From: Podarcis tiliguerta
Taxonomy: Eukaryota
Strand: one strand, 5' to 3'
NCBI GenBank assembly: GCA_965153285.1
Contig: OZ229118.1
DNA: 64,000 bases
Of the stretch, positions 13,253 through 25,205 are shown in pieces. How positions within the stretch are numbered: position 1 is the first letter of the stretch; each line of letters starts with the position of its first letter. The notes below the pieces were generated by a model that was not told where the DNA came from, made no database searches, and saw nothing but the letters and a program-made list of their open reading frames with translations. A program made the translations under genes and the position numbers.

Positions 13253-13638
13253 AAAAAAAGGTAAAGGTAAAGGACCCCTGGATGGATAAGTCCAGTCAAA
13301 GGCAACTATGGGGTTGTGGCGCTCATCTCACTTTCAGGCCAAGGGAGCTGGCATTTGTCTACAGACAGCTTTCTGGGTCATGTGGCCAGCATGACTAAAC
13401 TGCTTCTGATGCAACAGAACACCATGATGGAAACCAGAGCACACAGAAATACCGTTTACCTTCTCACTACAGTGGTACCTATTTATCTACTTGCACTGGC
13501 ATGCTTTCGAACTGCTAGGTTGGCAGGAGCTGGGACAGAGCAACGGGAGCTCACCCCATCACGGGAATTCGAACCTCTGACCTTCTGATTGGCAATGCCT
13601 AAGAGGCTCAGTGGTTTAGACAGCGCCACCCATGTCCC
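13253..13638 (-). mobile_element. Sauria SINE, near full length, with TSD CCATCAAAGTA
   Basis: The minus-strand tail is (ACCTTT)n (plus strand aaaggtaaaggtaaagg). A tRNA-like head with B-box (gaattcgaacc) is at ~13565. Core motif ggtcatgtggccagcatgac is present. Direct repeats at 13242-13252 and 13641-13651. Confidence 0.9.
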
Positions 13639-15296
13639 TGCCATCAAAGTAGACAATGTTGGACTATATCAGGCATAGACAAACTATTACTTTTGGAGGG
13701 CAAGGACAGACCTGATGGCTAAAGTGGTATAAAACAATATAGGCTTGCAATGTAGACCTACATGTCACGTGCTGTTCCAGCTATATATAACTGTAGGATA
13801 GAAATATCCTATTACATTAGTCTTTCTTGTTGCTTCTATTAAACTTCATGGGGCATGCTCATTTGCTCAGAGCAATTTCTCTCTCTCTCTATCCTGCCCA
13901 CCATAAATAAAAGCATCTACATAAATTATATTAGAGGTACCCTATGCAAAAGCTGCATAATTCTGTGCTGTTATGGCTGTCATTAACCTTATTTTCTTAT
14001 GCACACTTTCATGGAAGGAAGCCCCATTGTACTTAGTGGGACTGATTTTATGCATAGGATTGTGTGGTAAACAAATGCTAAACAAATATATTCAGATGTA
14101 AAGTTGATTCTAAAAAGTAAACACTAAAGGAATTTATCAGTTATCTGAAAATCTGAAATGGCAAGCTAGCTTTACTGCCTTTGGGCATATTGGGAAGATT
14201 TCCAAAGTCCTTGGCTACAATATGCCAGGAAGATGCACATTAATCAATCAAATACTAGAAGTGAGTCAATTGGGAAATGGGTTATTAGGAATAAACAGAG
14301 TTCTAAAAAAAGGAGAAATGCAGTGACAGGCAGCCTTAACAAAGCAATTTTGTTTCTAAACATAGAAGCGATTTCAAGACCACTCTGAAGGCAGAGGAGA
14401 CAATTATTGGCTAAACAAATAAACTAGTGTCTTTGAACTCCAGGCAGTGACTTGTATGTTAGCTTGATACTCTGTGGCTTTAAGCAACATTATACTTCAA
14501 CCTCTTCTTCCATTTGGCATGCTAATATGTCCCACTTTAAGAGATTGATTAGATGACCTGAATAGAATGCATGGGTATATTTTGAACAGTTCTGCTGTCT
14601 TACAAAAAGAGAGAGATTTGGTATTTCTTAGAAAGCAAGGGGACAGAGATATAAATTTCTAACTGCCTATGCACTATGTTAACAGTCAAATACAATTTCC
14701 CAACATAGGCAGAACACAAGTGAGTAAAAAAGAGAAGTACCTAGGAATTACCACAATGAAGTGATAGCACAAAAGTGCTTTATATGTCTCATTTTCCCAA
14801 CATGAACAAAAGCTAAAAATGAGTCAAAACCTCACACTTTGCACTTGAATTGGGGATGGGGGGGGGGGATATGGCAAAACCTCCCAGAAGCAAAACCTCC
14901 CAGAAAGTTAATTTTTTTTTGTTTTCTTCTGACAGTTGCATAGCAATAGCAGCATTGCTCTATCCAGTGGCAGCCATTTATATTACCCAGAATTCAACTC
15001 TAAGCAACACATGGCATCACTTGGAAGGGGTTTTAGGTAATAAAAATTGACTCCAACTCTTCCCACCACTCTTGGGAAGTTTTGTGGTTCCTCCATTCGC
15101 TACTACCCCTTAGAAGAATTGGAGATCGGATAACTCCTTTGTGATCTGAAAATGGGGTAGTGAAGTAGAGGAAACTATGCACTTTGTCACTTGTGAATTG
15201 CAGCGCAAATATATAATTGTATAACGCAAGCATTGAGGCTACTTGCTGCATCTGTACATGCAGTGAAAAAGCATACTAGACATGAAACACAGTGAA

Positions 15297-15299
<3 letters not shown>

Positions 15300-15347
<48 letters not shown>
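15300..15347. repeat. (TA)n microsatellite
   Basis: Perfect TA run. Confidence 0.95.
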
Positions 15348-15349
<2 letters not shown>

Positions 15350-15689
15350 AATATCATATATGTGCAAGCAGCAATGAGAGAGAGGCTGCTCAAATAAGCA
15401 CCTGCAGGGCAGGATATGAACGGAGGAGTGGAAACCTTTACATGGACCTTTAGTTTGACCTTCTTATGCACTTACCATGCACACAAAAATCCATTCCTGG
15501 CTTCTTCCAAAGCTTTCTTGGTTTCAGTAGCCTAACTGGGCCCTTTTGTTGTTGCTATTGTTAAATGATCAGGAATCACAACCCCCTTGTGGTGCTACTG
15601 CAGAACTCCCAGAGATCTCTCAGTGAATCCAGATCTACCTCTGTTCAACCCTGGTCTGAACCATCAACATATCATACACTCAGACAGTT

Positions 15690-16212
15690 TTCTCTCTTTG
15701 GTGATCACTCGTAGCCGAGTAAGATTGTCTTCCATAAACATGGTTTTAAAAATGAGTCCGTAAGTGACTGTCGAGGCCAATTCTGGATCCACACGTCCTT
15801 CCACAGTGGGGACATTGGTTTCTGGGTGGGAGCTGATCATGGTGTGGATTTGCCAAGTGTGCCTTCCTCTTAGTACGTTTCTCCTCTGCATCCTGAGTTT
15901 GAGTGTCTTCAAAGCCCATGACACCTTTGGTAAAGGCTGTTCTCCAATTAGAGTGCTTGCAGGCCAGTGTTTCCCAGTTGTCAGTGTTTATACTACATTT
16001 TTTTAGATTTGCCTTGAGACAGTCTTTAAACCTCTTTTGTTGACCACCAGCATTACGCTTTCCATTTTTAAGTTCAGAACAGAGTAGTTGCTTTGGAAGA
16101 CGATCATCAGGCATCCGCACAACATGACCAGTCCAACGAAGTTGATGTTGAAGAATCATTGCTTCAACACTGGTGATCCTTGCTTCTTCCAGTACACTGA
16201 TATTAGTTCGCT
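15690..16212 (-). mobile_element. 5'-truncated RTE-clade LINE (non-BovB) with C-terminal C2H2-like finger
   Basis: ORF 15746-16216(-): TNISVLEEA...QLRWTGHVVRMPDDRLPKQLL.SEL..GKR..GGQ.KRFKD.LK...CPHCGRTCGSRIGLDSHLRTH. A short 3' UTR ends in aagagag. Confidence 0.9.
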
Positions 16213-16451
16213 GCACACTAGAAGAAGGTCAGCATGTTTTGCCTAGGAGAAAATTCTTTCCTATTCTTAAAGGTAGTCAAGCTTTTGAAGATATGGGCAG
16301 TCACTGATGCTTCAGACCACATGCTGGTGCTGGGTGGGACCAAATGAAAAGTGAGCAAAGCAATGAATGTGGACGCTACCTTTGTACAGTAGGCCACTTT
16401 CTACACACACTAACACAACCCTCTTTATCCTCAGATAAATAAGATGCATTA

Positions 16452-17969
16452 CACTGGGCAACAATTTTTTACTTTTTGAATGTTGTCTAGATTTCTACAA
16501 CTGATTTAGGGTATTTTTGCACTGCTGAATCAGGAAATGGCATCCGTTTCTCTCCATCAGGTCAGGTTTTTGTGCTATGTTGATTTGAAAAAAATCAGAT
16601 CTTGTGACAAAATCGATTACATTTTTGTGGCATTATCAGCTGATTTTTGGCAACAATATATATTGATTACCTGATAGAAACATCGATTACTGTAAACTGA
16701 ATGGTGGGCATTGATAAAGGTAAGTACACGTAAATTGCATGTTGCTTCACCATTTTTCAAACTTCAGGGCTTGAACTTCTGTTTCTTGGAACTCCTAGAA
16801 TGCTCAGCGGCAGGGAGGTCTCTCTTCAGAGTCCAACAGTAGTCAGCCATCATGATTGTGTCCCAGCGACCCTAATACCTGGTCTCCATCTCTTTCATGT
16901 CCTGATGGAATCTCTCCCCCGCTCGTCACTCATTGAACCCAGGTTCTCAGGAAACCGGTCCATATGTGAAAATAGGTAGTGCATCTTGACGCTCATGTTG
17001 CAGCCCAGGTTTCTGAAAGCAGTCAGCATGTTGTTGACAAGTTCTGCGTAGTTTCTGGCCTTATGGTTGCCAAGAAAGTTCTTCACTACCAGAACAAATG
17101 CCTTCCACGCTTCCAGTTCCACTTCGTTCATTGAGTTTCCGAACTCTGGATCTCTGATGAGCTGACGGATCTGAGGTCCGTCAAAGATGCCAGCTTTCAA
17201 CTTCTCCATGGTCAATCCTGGAAAAGCCTGGTACAAGTAAGTGAAGCAGTCACCATCCTTGTCCAGAGCCTTGGTGAACTGCTTGATTAAGCCGAGCTTG
17301 ATGTGTAGCGGTGGGAAGAGTATTCTGTCTCTGTCCACCAGAGGGTCGTTGATGACGTTCCTTTTTCTGCAAGGCACCAATTCCTCCCGCACAGGCCAGC
17401 CCTTCTTCGTGTCATGCTGAGCACGGTCCCTACCATCCCACATGCACAGAAAACATGGGTACTTGGTGAAGCTAGACTGTTGTCCCAACAAAAAGTTCAC
17501 CATCTTCAGGTCAACACAAATAAGCCACTTATGCTTATCATAACCAATTTTCTCCAGCACATACTTCACCCCTTCATTGTTCTCCTTCAGTGTACTCGAG
17601 TGAGCCAGGGGTTTTGATCCCCCAACTTTATGCTTTGCCGCACCAATTTATGGAAGATTTTGAGGTTTTATGACTTCAAAATGATCCCTTTTCGACATAA
17701 TCACCCAGAACTATCGGACCTGAATACTTCTTGTCATTAAAATAATCATTTCCAATCAAAACAATTATTCGACATGGCCCCCACCAACTTCTTCTAAAAT
17801 GCTCCACACAAGCGTACATGTGAACAAAAACGTAAAAAAATGACATGTGGCCATAGCTCAAAAACTTGACCTGATTGAGCAAAACCAATGTGATTTTTGG
17901 ATTCAGCGCATCAGATTTGTCCTAAATCAGCTGAAAAAACGCAGACAAGAAATTTGTTGTTGACCAGTG
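16452..17969 (-). mobile_element. Chapaev3-type (CMC superfamily) DNA transposon, internally deleted
   Basis: Termini CACTGGGCAACAA... / ...TTGTTGACCAGTG. TTA is duplicated at 16449-16451 and 17970-17972. Subterminal inverted repeats at ~16501-16570 and ~17861-17930. A transposase remnant lies inside. Confidence 0.85.
16764..17611 (-). pseudogene. Chapaev3-type transposase C-terminal half, disrupted
   Basis: PLAHS..LKE...ICVDLKMVNFLLGQQ..FTKYPCFLCMWD...PPLHIKLGLIKQF.KAL...KLKAGIFDGPQIR...GCNMSVKMHYLFSH.D.FPENLG..SDE. A 1-bp frameshift at ~16917 is followed by ERFHQDMKEMETRY*GRWD..MMADYCW..KR, ending in TGA at 16764-16766. Confidence 0.85.
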
Positions 17970-19565
17970 TTATCAGAAATTATCAGGGACATGTTCAAGC
18001 CAGACAAAACATTTACAGTGTGAAGCAGGGGCAGTAAGGAGCATTGACTAAGAAGAGGGTGTGTGGCTTGGGGAGAGTTCCCAGAGCTAGGCAGAGAGGT
18101 ATAGGGGGCCGCATTCAGCACCAAGGCCTGAAGTTTCCCACCCTCGAAGTGAGGAAAATATGGGGGACAATGACTTAACCCTTCCATTTCCCAGAAGGTG
18201 AAATCTGGGTCTTTCTTAATCCTTCATCAAATTATTTTTCTCTGCCTTGATGCTGGTGTAAGCCTTTTTGCTTCCACAGCCAGAATCTCTCAGTTCCAAG
18301 AGGTTAATATTTGGTTTGGCGCTCCTTCCAGATTGCATTTGCTTTTGTACTGCATTGGATTGTCAACTTTCTCATTTTGTATGATCATGGTGATCTCGAT
18401 CTCTTTCCATATCTCTTCCTCCTTTGGGAAATTTATATCTTGTTCTGGCATCACCTCACATCCTCCTTAGTTAGTTTAATTCCTCACATTATCTATAGTG
18501 CTTCTCATGTCATTCTGCAGTGATTCTCCTAGTTCATCTCCTAACCTCTTGTCCCTTGCACATTTTTTAAAAAATGTTCAGTATAATTTACTCAACCCTC
18601 TTGTGCAAAATTTCTTTGCTTTAACTCACTGATTTTCAACTTCATTTCATAATCTTCCAAGTTACACTGGTTTCTTGACACATTTTACAGTTCTCGTCTA
18701 CCTCATTCGTGTTCTCCTGGCATATCAGAAAATCTCATGTCCATTTTTTATTAAAACAATGAAATTTAAAAGCCAAAAATATTGGCTAGTACTCTGTTCA
18801 CTGAAATTTAGATATGATAAATATCTGAAGTAAGCGCTGACTTGGTTTCTAAACTTCCTTCTATGACCTCACCTGTCAACAGGATTACAGCAATTCCTTT
18901 CTTGAATCTGATAACTATAAAATAAAATTGGAACATTTTGGTGCTTTTTAATTGTTAGCAAAACGCCAGCAGAAAAAACCTACAATATCAGTAAAGCAAC
19001 AACTATAATTTAATAAATTGAGAATGCATTCAGGTGTTTCCCTAGAAAACCATGGGCCAGTTGCCATCAATTGCAGCCTAGCTTCCTAAATAAAATCAGA
19101 CTGGCTGTCTGCTCAGGATTTTTTATAGAAATCTATCATGTCAACTCATTAAATACATTAGTTTGCTTTCAAATTTAACTGAAAGGTTCCTTATTTTTAC
19201 ATTATGATGATAAAATACGATTCATGGCAGCTAGCACATTTTTTAAAAGATAAAAACCATGAAATTAAAAAAAGATTTCTAACAATGAAAAAAAATAAAC
19301 AGCTGAAAACGTCTGTATAAGTTTGTAAAGTATTCAAAGATAAACTATCAGGTCAACTGGAATAAGGATTTTAAATAAATTTATTTATTTATACCAATAT
19401 TCATATACTTCTGTATCATAAAAACCACAGCAATTTACAACAATATAAAACAATTTCTAGCGTTTCAGGCAGAGGGTTTCCTCTCCCCTCTTCCATTAGC
19501 AAAGTAAAAGACCACACATTTGGTCCCTTAAAAATGGTTTTTTAATCATCTGTAAATATACTTAC

Positions 19566-19663
19566 AGATTCTCCAAAGGTCAGATTCATGTGCTTTTCCA
19601 TAGAACATTCAGAAAAAGTTGCACATGCAGTAAAACCTGGCTTAGTTACAATGGTGAAAGTTC
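19566..19663 (-). other. Candidate spliced exon B (98 nt)
   Basis: Acceptor ttcctatccaaataatttag| and donor TCT|gtaagt. The only open frame is phase-compatible with exon A. Confidence 0.25.
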
Positions 19664-21332
19664 CTAAATTATTTGGATAGGAACATAAGAATGGCTTGTA
19701 AGAGCCATGCAGTCTGAGCTGCAGCAATCAGCTTAGCTTCTTCACAGGTTGAGCTTCTCTGGTAGGCTAGAGGAACTAATTCTTTCCTAAGGTGAGCTAA
19801 GGCTGACAGGACAGCTTATTCTATGGTCTTATCCCCTTCATGTGTTAATTAGACTTAAGCATGTTGGCTATATGAGGCCGGTTATTTCACAGCATCAACA
19901 CCCTAAGAGGTGTTTCTCCCATAGAGAGAAGCAAGCAGAAATCAAGCATGGCTCTCACTCTCTGGCTTCTGCCTGCTTCTAGTCTAGCTCACACAATTGC
20001 CCTGGCCTTTATCTTTCTCACTACCAGACAGGTGCCCTATGGATCAGAGCAACTTCCACTGTCAGACTAATGACCATACTTAGATGGTAACTACGGAGGC
20101 AGCTGCGGCCTTTATCTTACAAAGGAACTTGCCTAGCTAATTCAACAAATGGTTTCTCCATTAGATTTTAACACTTGCTGTACTCAGGACCCCAGGAATT
20201 GGAAGGGACTTGGGCATCATGCAGGCTAACCCCCCCCCCAACTCACAACAATATTTTGCCAATTTAGGATGCTGCTTCAAATGTCCGTCAATCAGCTCTA
20301 GCCCACAAACCTTATACTAAAAAAATGGTTAGTTTTTAAGGTACCACAGGACTCTTTGTTGTTTCAACCCAGAATTGCTTCTCTAAAATGCAAGCTCATA
20401 CAATGCCTACAGCCACATTTGCACATGTGTAAAAGTTTGGCTATACTTTGAAGGAAGATGACCTCACTTAAAAAAAAAAAGGGGGCGGCAGGGGGGGAGG
20501 GAGAATGTTATCTATCATTTACAGATCCGCTTTCCTGGTCACCTGATGATGTTGAACTACAGCAACACATGGAATTAATAAACCTGCCCCGTTAATAAAT
20601 GTTGATGAACAAAGCGAATCTTTACTGCTGGAATTCTAACAGCCTTAGGATAGGCTTACACTCCAATCTTTAAACACATTTACCCAGAAATAAGGGCTAG
20701 TTTACACATTATGGCTGTTATGCCGAAGTCACTTTAAATTGCTTCATGTGGAGCCTGTTATCATATGGTGTGCCATTTTCAGTACAATGACTCAAGACCC
20801 AGGTGAGGACACCTTGAGTTTTGGGAAGATGTGTTGGTAAGGTCATGACTTACTAGGAGGTAGCGATTGTCATGTGGAATGATATAAAGTTGCCTCCATT
20901 TCAGTTACAAAGAAAAAAATCCCTACCTGTATAAATTGGAATGGAACCACTTCCAAGCAAACCTGTTGTGTATTTCTATATGATTAAAAGTTAGAACTAA
21001 TGCCTCTCATTTCTTATTGATAGTAAACAAGTCTCAAAATCTTGTCATTTCCTAAAAACGCTAGCAGAATCGTAGAATTCTGGGCATGAGACAATGGGTG
21101 AATATGCCAGTTTTGGTTCCTCTCAGTTTATAATCTTTCATATCTTAAATTCAGTGCTCCACATTTCTACATCACTTTACATGGTTTGCTTTTTTTTAAA
21201 TAAAAAAAAAGTCTCTATGAAAATTCATCAACCTTTTAATGCAAATTTCTCCTAATTTGCTCATTATTATCTGCAGTTTTGCCACATATACACATTTTTG
21301 CAAAGCATGTTTATGCTACTTTCTTTAACATA

Positions 21333-21585
21333 CAGTCGCACCTTGGTTGTCAAATGCCTTGGTACTCTTCCGTTTTGGCTCCTGAACGCCACAAACCCAG
21401 AAGTGAGTGTTCCGGTTTGCGAACATTTTTTGGAAGCCGAACATCTGATGTGGCTTTCACAGCTTCTGATTGAGTGCAGGAAGCTCCTGCAGCCAATTGG
21501 AAGCCATGTCTTGGTTATCGAACGTTTTCAGAAGTCGAACGGACTTCCGGAGCGGATTCCATTCAACAACCAAGGTACAACACTA
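21333..21585. mobile_element. Tc1/mariner (pogo/Tigger-like) MITE
   Basis: TA-flanked. TIRs cagtcgcaccttggttg / caaccaaggtacaacacta. Confidence 0.8.
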
Positions 21586-21718
21586 TATGCATTGATGTTC
21601 ACATTTCCCCTCCCCCCAGTATATGTATTTTTGAATGCATTAATTGGCTGGAGAACTGCACTGCAAAATTTGGAGAATTGTGCATTTCTAAGGATGTCAT
21701 TTTGGAAAGTGTGAAATA

Positions 21719-21960
21719 CAGTGGTACCTCGGGTTACATATGCTTCAGGTTACATATGCTTCAGGTTACACACTCCACTAACCCAGATATAGTACCTTGG
21801 GTTAAGAACTTTGTTTCAGGATAAGAACAGAAATTGTGCTCTGGCGGCGTGGCGGCAGCAGGAGGCCCCATTAGCTAAACTGGTGCTTCAGGTTAAGAAC
21901 AGTTTCAGGTTAAGAACGGACCTCCGGAACAAATTAAGTAGTTAACCTGAGGTACCACTG
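21719..21960. mobile_element. Tc1/mariner (pogo/Tigger-like) MITE, young
   Basis: TA|CAGTGGTACCTC(G)GGTTA...TAACCTGAGGTACCACTG|TA. Internal tandem tcaggttac/tcaggttaagaac repeats. Confidence 0.9.
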
Positions 21961-22346
21961 TAGATATGTTCACCTTTAAATGTTAACTGAATTGAATTTC
22001 TTCCCCATTGAAACATCCTGCCAGCACCATGCACCCTCAGAACAAGATCACTAGCAGCGTAGGGAACTGTCTCTTCTTATTCCTCACTTCCAGTGCTTCA
22101 AAGTACCTTCTAAGTAACATTTTAACAACACCCGGACCAGCTCCCTGAGGCAGCTACCTCACTCTGCCTAATGGTAGGGCTGGCTCCTTTTTTTTTGGCA
22201 GTGTAAAATGATACATAAATTGAATAGGGGTAAAATGGAATGTTTGGAGCAGACACAAGTGAAGAATTCAAATTGTTGCCTTCTGAAGCTGTGTTACATT
22301 TAGGAAAAAGAAACATATGTGATAAATCCTAAAGGAGAATGGAGAA

Positions 22347-22379
22347 TAGAAAAAAAAGAAAAGAAAAGAAGAAGAAAAG
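22347..22379. repeat. (AAAAG)n-like purine microsatellite
   Basis: agaaaaaaaagaaaagaaaagaagaagaaaag. Confidence 0.7.
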
Positions 22380-24532
22380 TGCTGGCCCTGATATGTATCT
22401 CAGACTGCGAGTGAGTAGACAATAACATTGTGTTCTCATGAGTTCACAAGGAAAGTTATATATTGCTGCATAATGCTCAAAGAACTTCACTCTCCCCCCA
22501 AATGCAATTCGGAATCTTTACACAGAGATTAGTGATGACATAATCTCATGTCCTGAAAATATGACTCTGCTTTCAAGCAGCATGCAGCTCAGGATTTTTT
22601 CTTTTTATCTGGATCACTTTCTAGCTCAATCTGTGCAAGGATCTTTTCTCTATAGCTATGCAAAGCTTCCACATGTCAATAGGAGGAGACACCCGGGCTT
22701 AGTGGGCTCATGTACAGCTTTTATAGGATGTCAGAACAAAATTATTTATTTTTTATTGAGGAAGGGTCAAACAAGTTGTGCTTTTTGTTGTGTCACACTG
22801 AACAATATAGGAAGGGTGGGTTTTTGTGGTTTTTTTTTTTTAAAGAAAAGGGGCGGGGGATCCTACACTGAGGCTCCCCCTAGAAGGCCAAAGCCTTGAG
22901 AAGTGATTTAAAGCTACATTATCCTGTTTCTAATTCCTTCCCTTTTGTTCCTGCGGAAATGTAATTGCAAGAGGCTGGGAGAAGGGACTGGGGCACTGGT
23001 TTCTATGTCAGCCTTGTAGAAAGTAATAAAGTCTTTTTTTATGGGCTTCTCCTGAGCCTACGTCTACTTTTCCAAATTAGAGGAGACAATATGACAATCT
23101 CTGCCAGCCCTGATCTTATATCTTAATTTGCAAACTCAGCAACAATATTAGAGCCCAATTTAAGCAGTTAGGAGAAAACATTCCTGAATTTTTAACCTGC
23201 TCCCTCTTGAGCTGCAGGAAAAGGCCCTGTGGATAAAAACAGAACAGAACCCGAAACAAACAAAATTGAGCAGATTTCTTAAGGAGGTGAAGGAAAAAGA
23301 GCAGTGTAATCATTTTTGATGCCTTAATAAAGCTGAAGCTCATGGATTTCGTGATAAGGTGTAACTTTAGAGGGAAAGATTAGTCCAAGACAGCTCAAGG
23401 ATTTAGAAACTGGATATAAACTCTGGGAAATCCTCACAGTAAGCTTAACCACACTGAAATGTCATAGATATGAGGTGAAAACCACATCCACAGCAAAGTA
23501 AATGTCAAAATTTCTGTTGACATTGAGTAGATGAAAACGGGACTGCACCCACAGCCATTATGAATACCTTCCGAATGCATCTAACCAGGGCAGAACTAGA
23601 TGTGATGAGAAACATGGAGTTGCTGTCAAAAACAGCAACTTTCCCCCCCCCCACAACATGCAGAAGAGAGGCAGTGGTGGGCTTTGGGCATTCAAATTTC
23701 AGCAGCGCTCTGTGTGACTAAAATTTGGCACTTCCTGCCTCTCACACTCCGTTCTAAAGCATTGGTTTGGTGTCCCCCTACAGCACAGCACCCAATGTGA
23801 CTGCACTGGTCGTGCCACTCTAAAACCACCTATGAGACAGGGAGGGGGCTTCGAGCAACTGCTGTGATTGCTGTTCTAGATTCTTCAGCCTAATGACAGG
23901 CCACACAAACTCTTCAGACAGCCCTGCTCAAGAGAGAACTGCAGCTATGTAAGAGAAAGAAAGAAAAAGTCACAGCATAAAGGCAACTCCTTCCTGGCCT
24001 TCAAGCTAGAAAAGGGAGCTTTGTGTGCTGTGCAGGACTGGAAAGATGCCACCCACTTGGGTTTGTCTCCCTTCCAGTCTTCGATTTACCAATACTGCAA
24101 TTTTGATTGTATCTCTCTCTCTCATCTTTCCAGACTTAGAGCTCATATACTGGCTCACAGCCTTCAGAATACAGCATTTTGCTAAACAGAAGCTTTAGGA
24201 AGGAAGGACAAAAGAACAAATCCTCATTCTCAACCTTCAGCATGAAGACAGTTCATTCGAGGCTGTGAAAGCTGTGTTCTGAAAGACAAAGGCCATTTTT
24301 TTCTTGCAAGAGGGAGACCTTTGGTCAATGATGGGACTCTACTGGACATCTAGCAATTATAACTCTTCCCCAGGCCCAAAAGGCATTTTGCTGTTGGAGG
24401 CAAGGGATAACATAGCACTTCCCACATCCAGGTATAAAAGCCAAGCACGGTTGATAGCACTGAGTCTTCTACCACACTTGAAGAGAGCAAGGTAGGCTAG
24501 GCTATGCAGGGCAGCTTGTGTGGCTCCCACAA

Positions 24533-24868
24533 CTGGACGGTTAAGTCCAGTCAAAGGCAGTGGGGTGTGGTGCTCATCTTGCTTCAGGCCAAGGGAGCTG
24601 GCATTTCTCCACAGACAGATTTCTAGGTCATGTGGCCAGCATGATTAAACTGCTTCTGCTGCTATAGAGCACTGTGACGGAAGGCAGAGAGCACAGAAAT
24701 GTTGTTTACCTTTATCTACTTGCACTGGTGTGCTTTCAAACTGCTAGGTTGGCAGAAGCTGGGACAGAGCAACGGGAGCTTACCCCGTTGTGCAGATTCG
24801 AACTGCTAGCCTTCTGATTGGCAAGCCCAAGAGGCTCAGTGGTTTAGACTACACACCACCCACGTCCT
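24533..24868 (-). mobile_element. Sauria SINE (second copy, 3' tail missing)
   Basis: Aligns by eye to 13280-13638: taagtccagtcaaaggca, ggtcatgtggccagcatga, actgctaggttggcag.agctgggacagagcaacgggagct, agaggctcagtggtttagac. Confidence 0.9.
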
Positions 24869-25094
24869 ATAAGTAACATAGTAATACAAGTAACATAGTA
24901 AAGTCATAGTAATACAGTATTGCCAGGATACTTCCTCATCACATGGAACCTTCCTCCAGAACAACAGCAAATGGATTAGCTGTTTGTTATGAAATGCATT
25001 GTTTTCCAACACTGCAATGGATGGAAGCCTCAGTCGCTGTACATGAATTATAGACACTTAGACAGAACTATAAATTTAAAGACCATTTGGGGTG

Positions 25095-25205
25095 GATAGA
25101 CAAGTCTGTTGAATCAGTGGTGGCTGGTCACGCTCAGATGTGGTTGGAGGAAAATGACTATCTGGATTTATTTCAATCTGGCTTCGGGCCTCGATTCAGA
25201 ACCAT
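25095..25205 (+). mobile_element. Ancient L2 reverse-transcriptase fragment
   Basis: Translates to KSVESVVAGHAQMWLEENDYLDLFQSGF.P, resembling the L2 motif K..E.VVA.QLQ..LE..DYLDPFQSGFRP. Confidence 0.65.

Larger units (their letters stand above)
21085..22010. mobile_element. Old non-autonomous DNA-element repeat interrupted by two mariner-type MITEs
   Basis: After removing the MITEs it is reverse-complement similar to 55537-56006 and 44690-44905 (e.g. ctctcagttt...atcttaa...cacatttc.a.atca; tttggaaagtg.aaat...tt..cctttaaatgt.aac). Confidence 0.6.

Noticed and set aside
13540-13638. tRNA-like sequence with A/B boxes
   Set aside because: It is the head of a Sauria SINE, not a tRNA gene.
18190-18780. 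Pyrimidine-skewed stretch, possibly decayed L1 ORF1 on the minus strand
   Set aside because: No diagnostic motif could be read, so it is not supportable.
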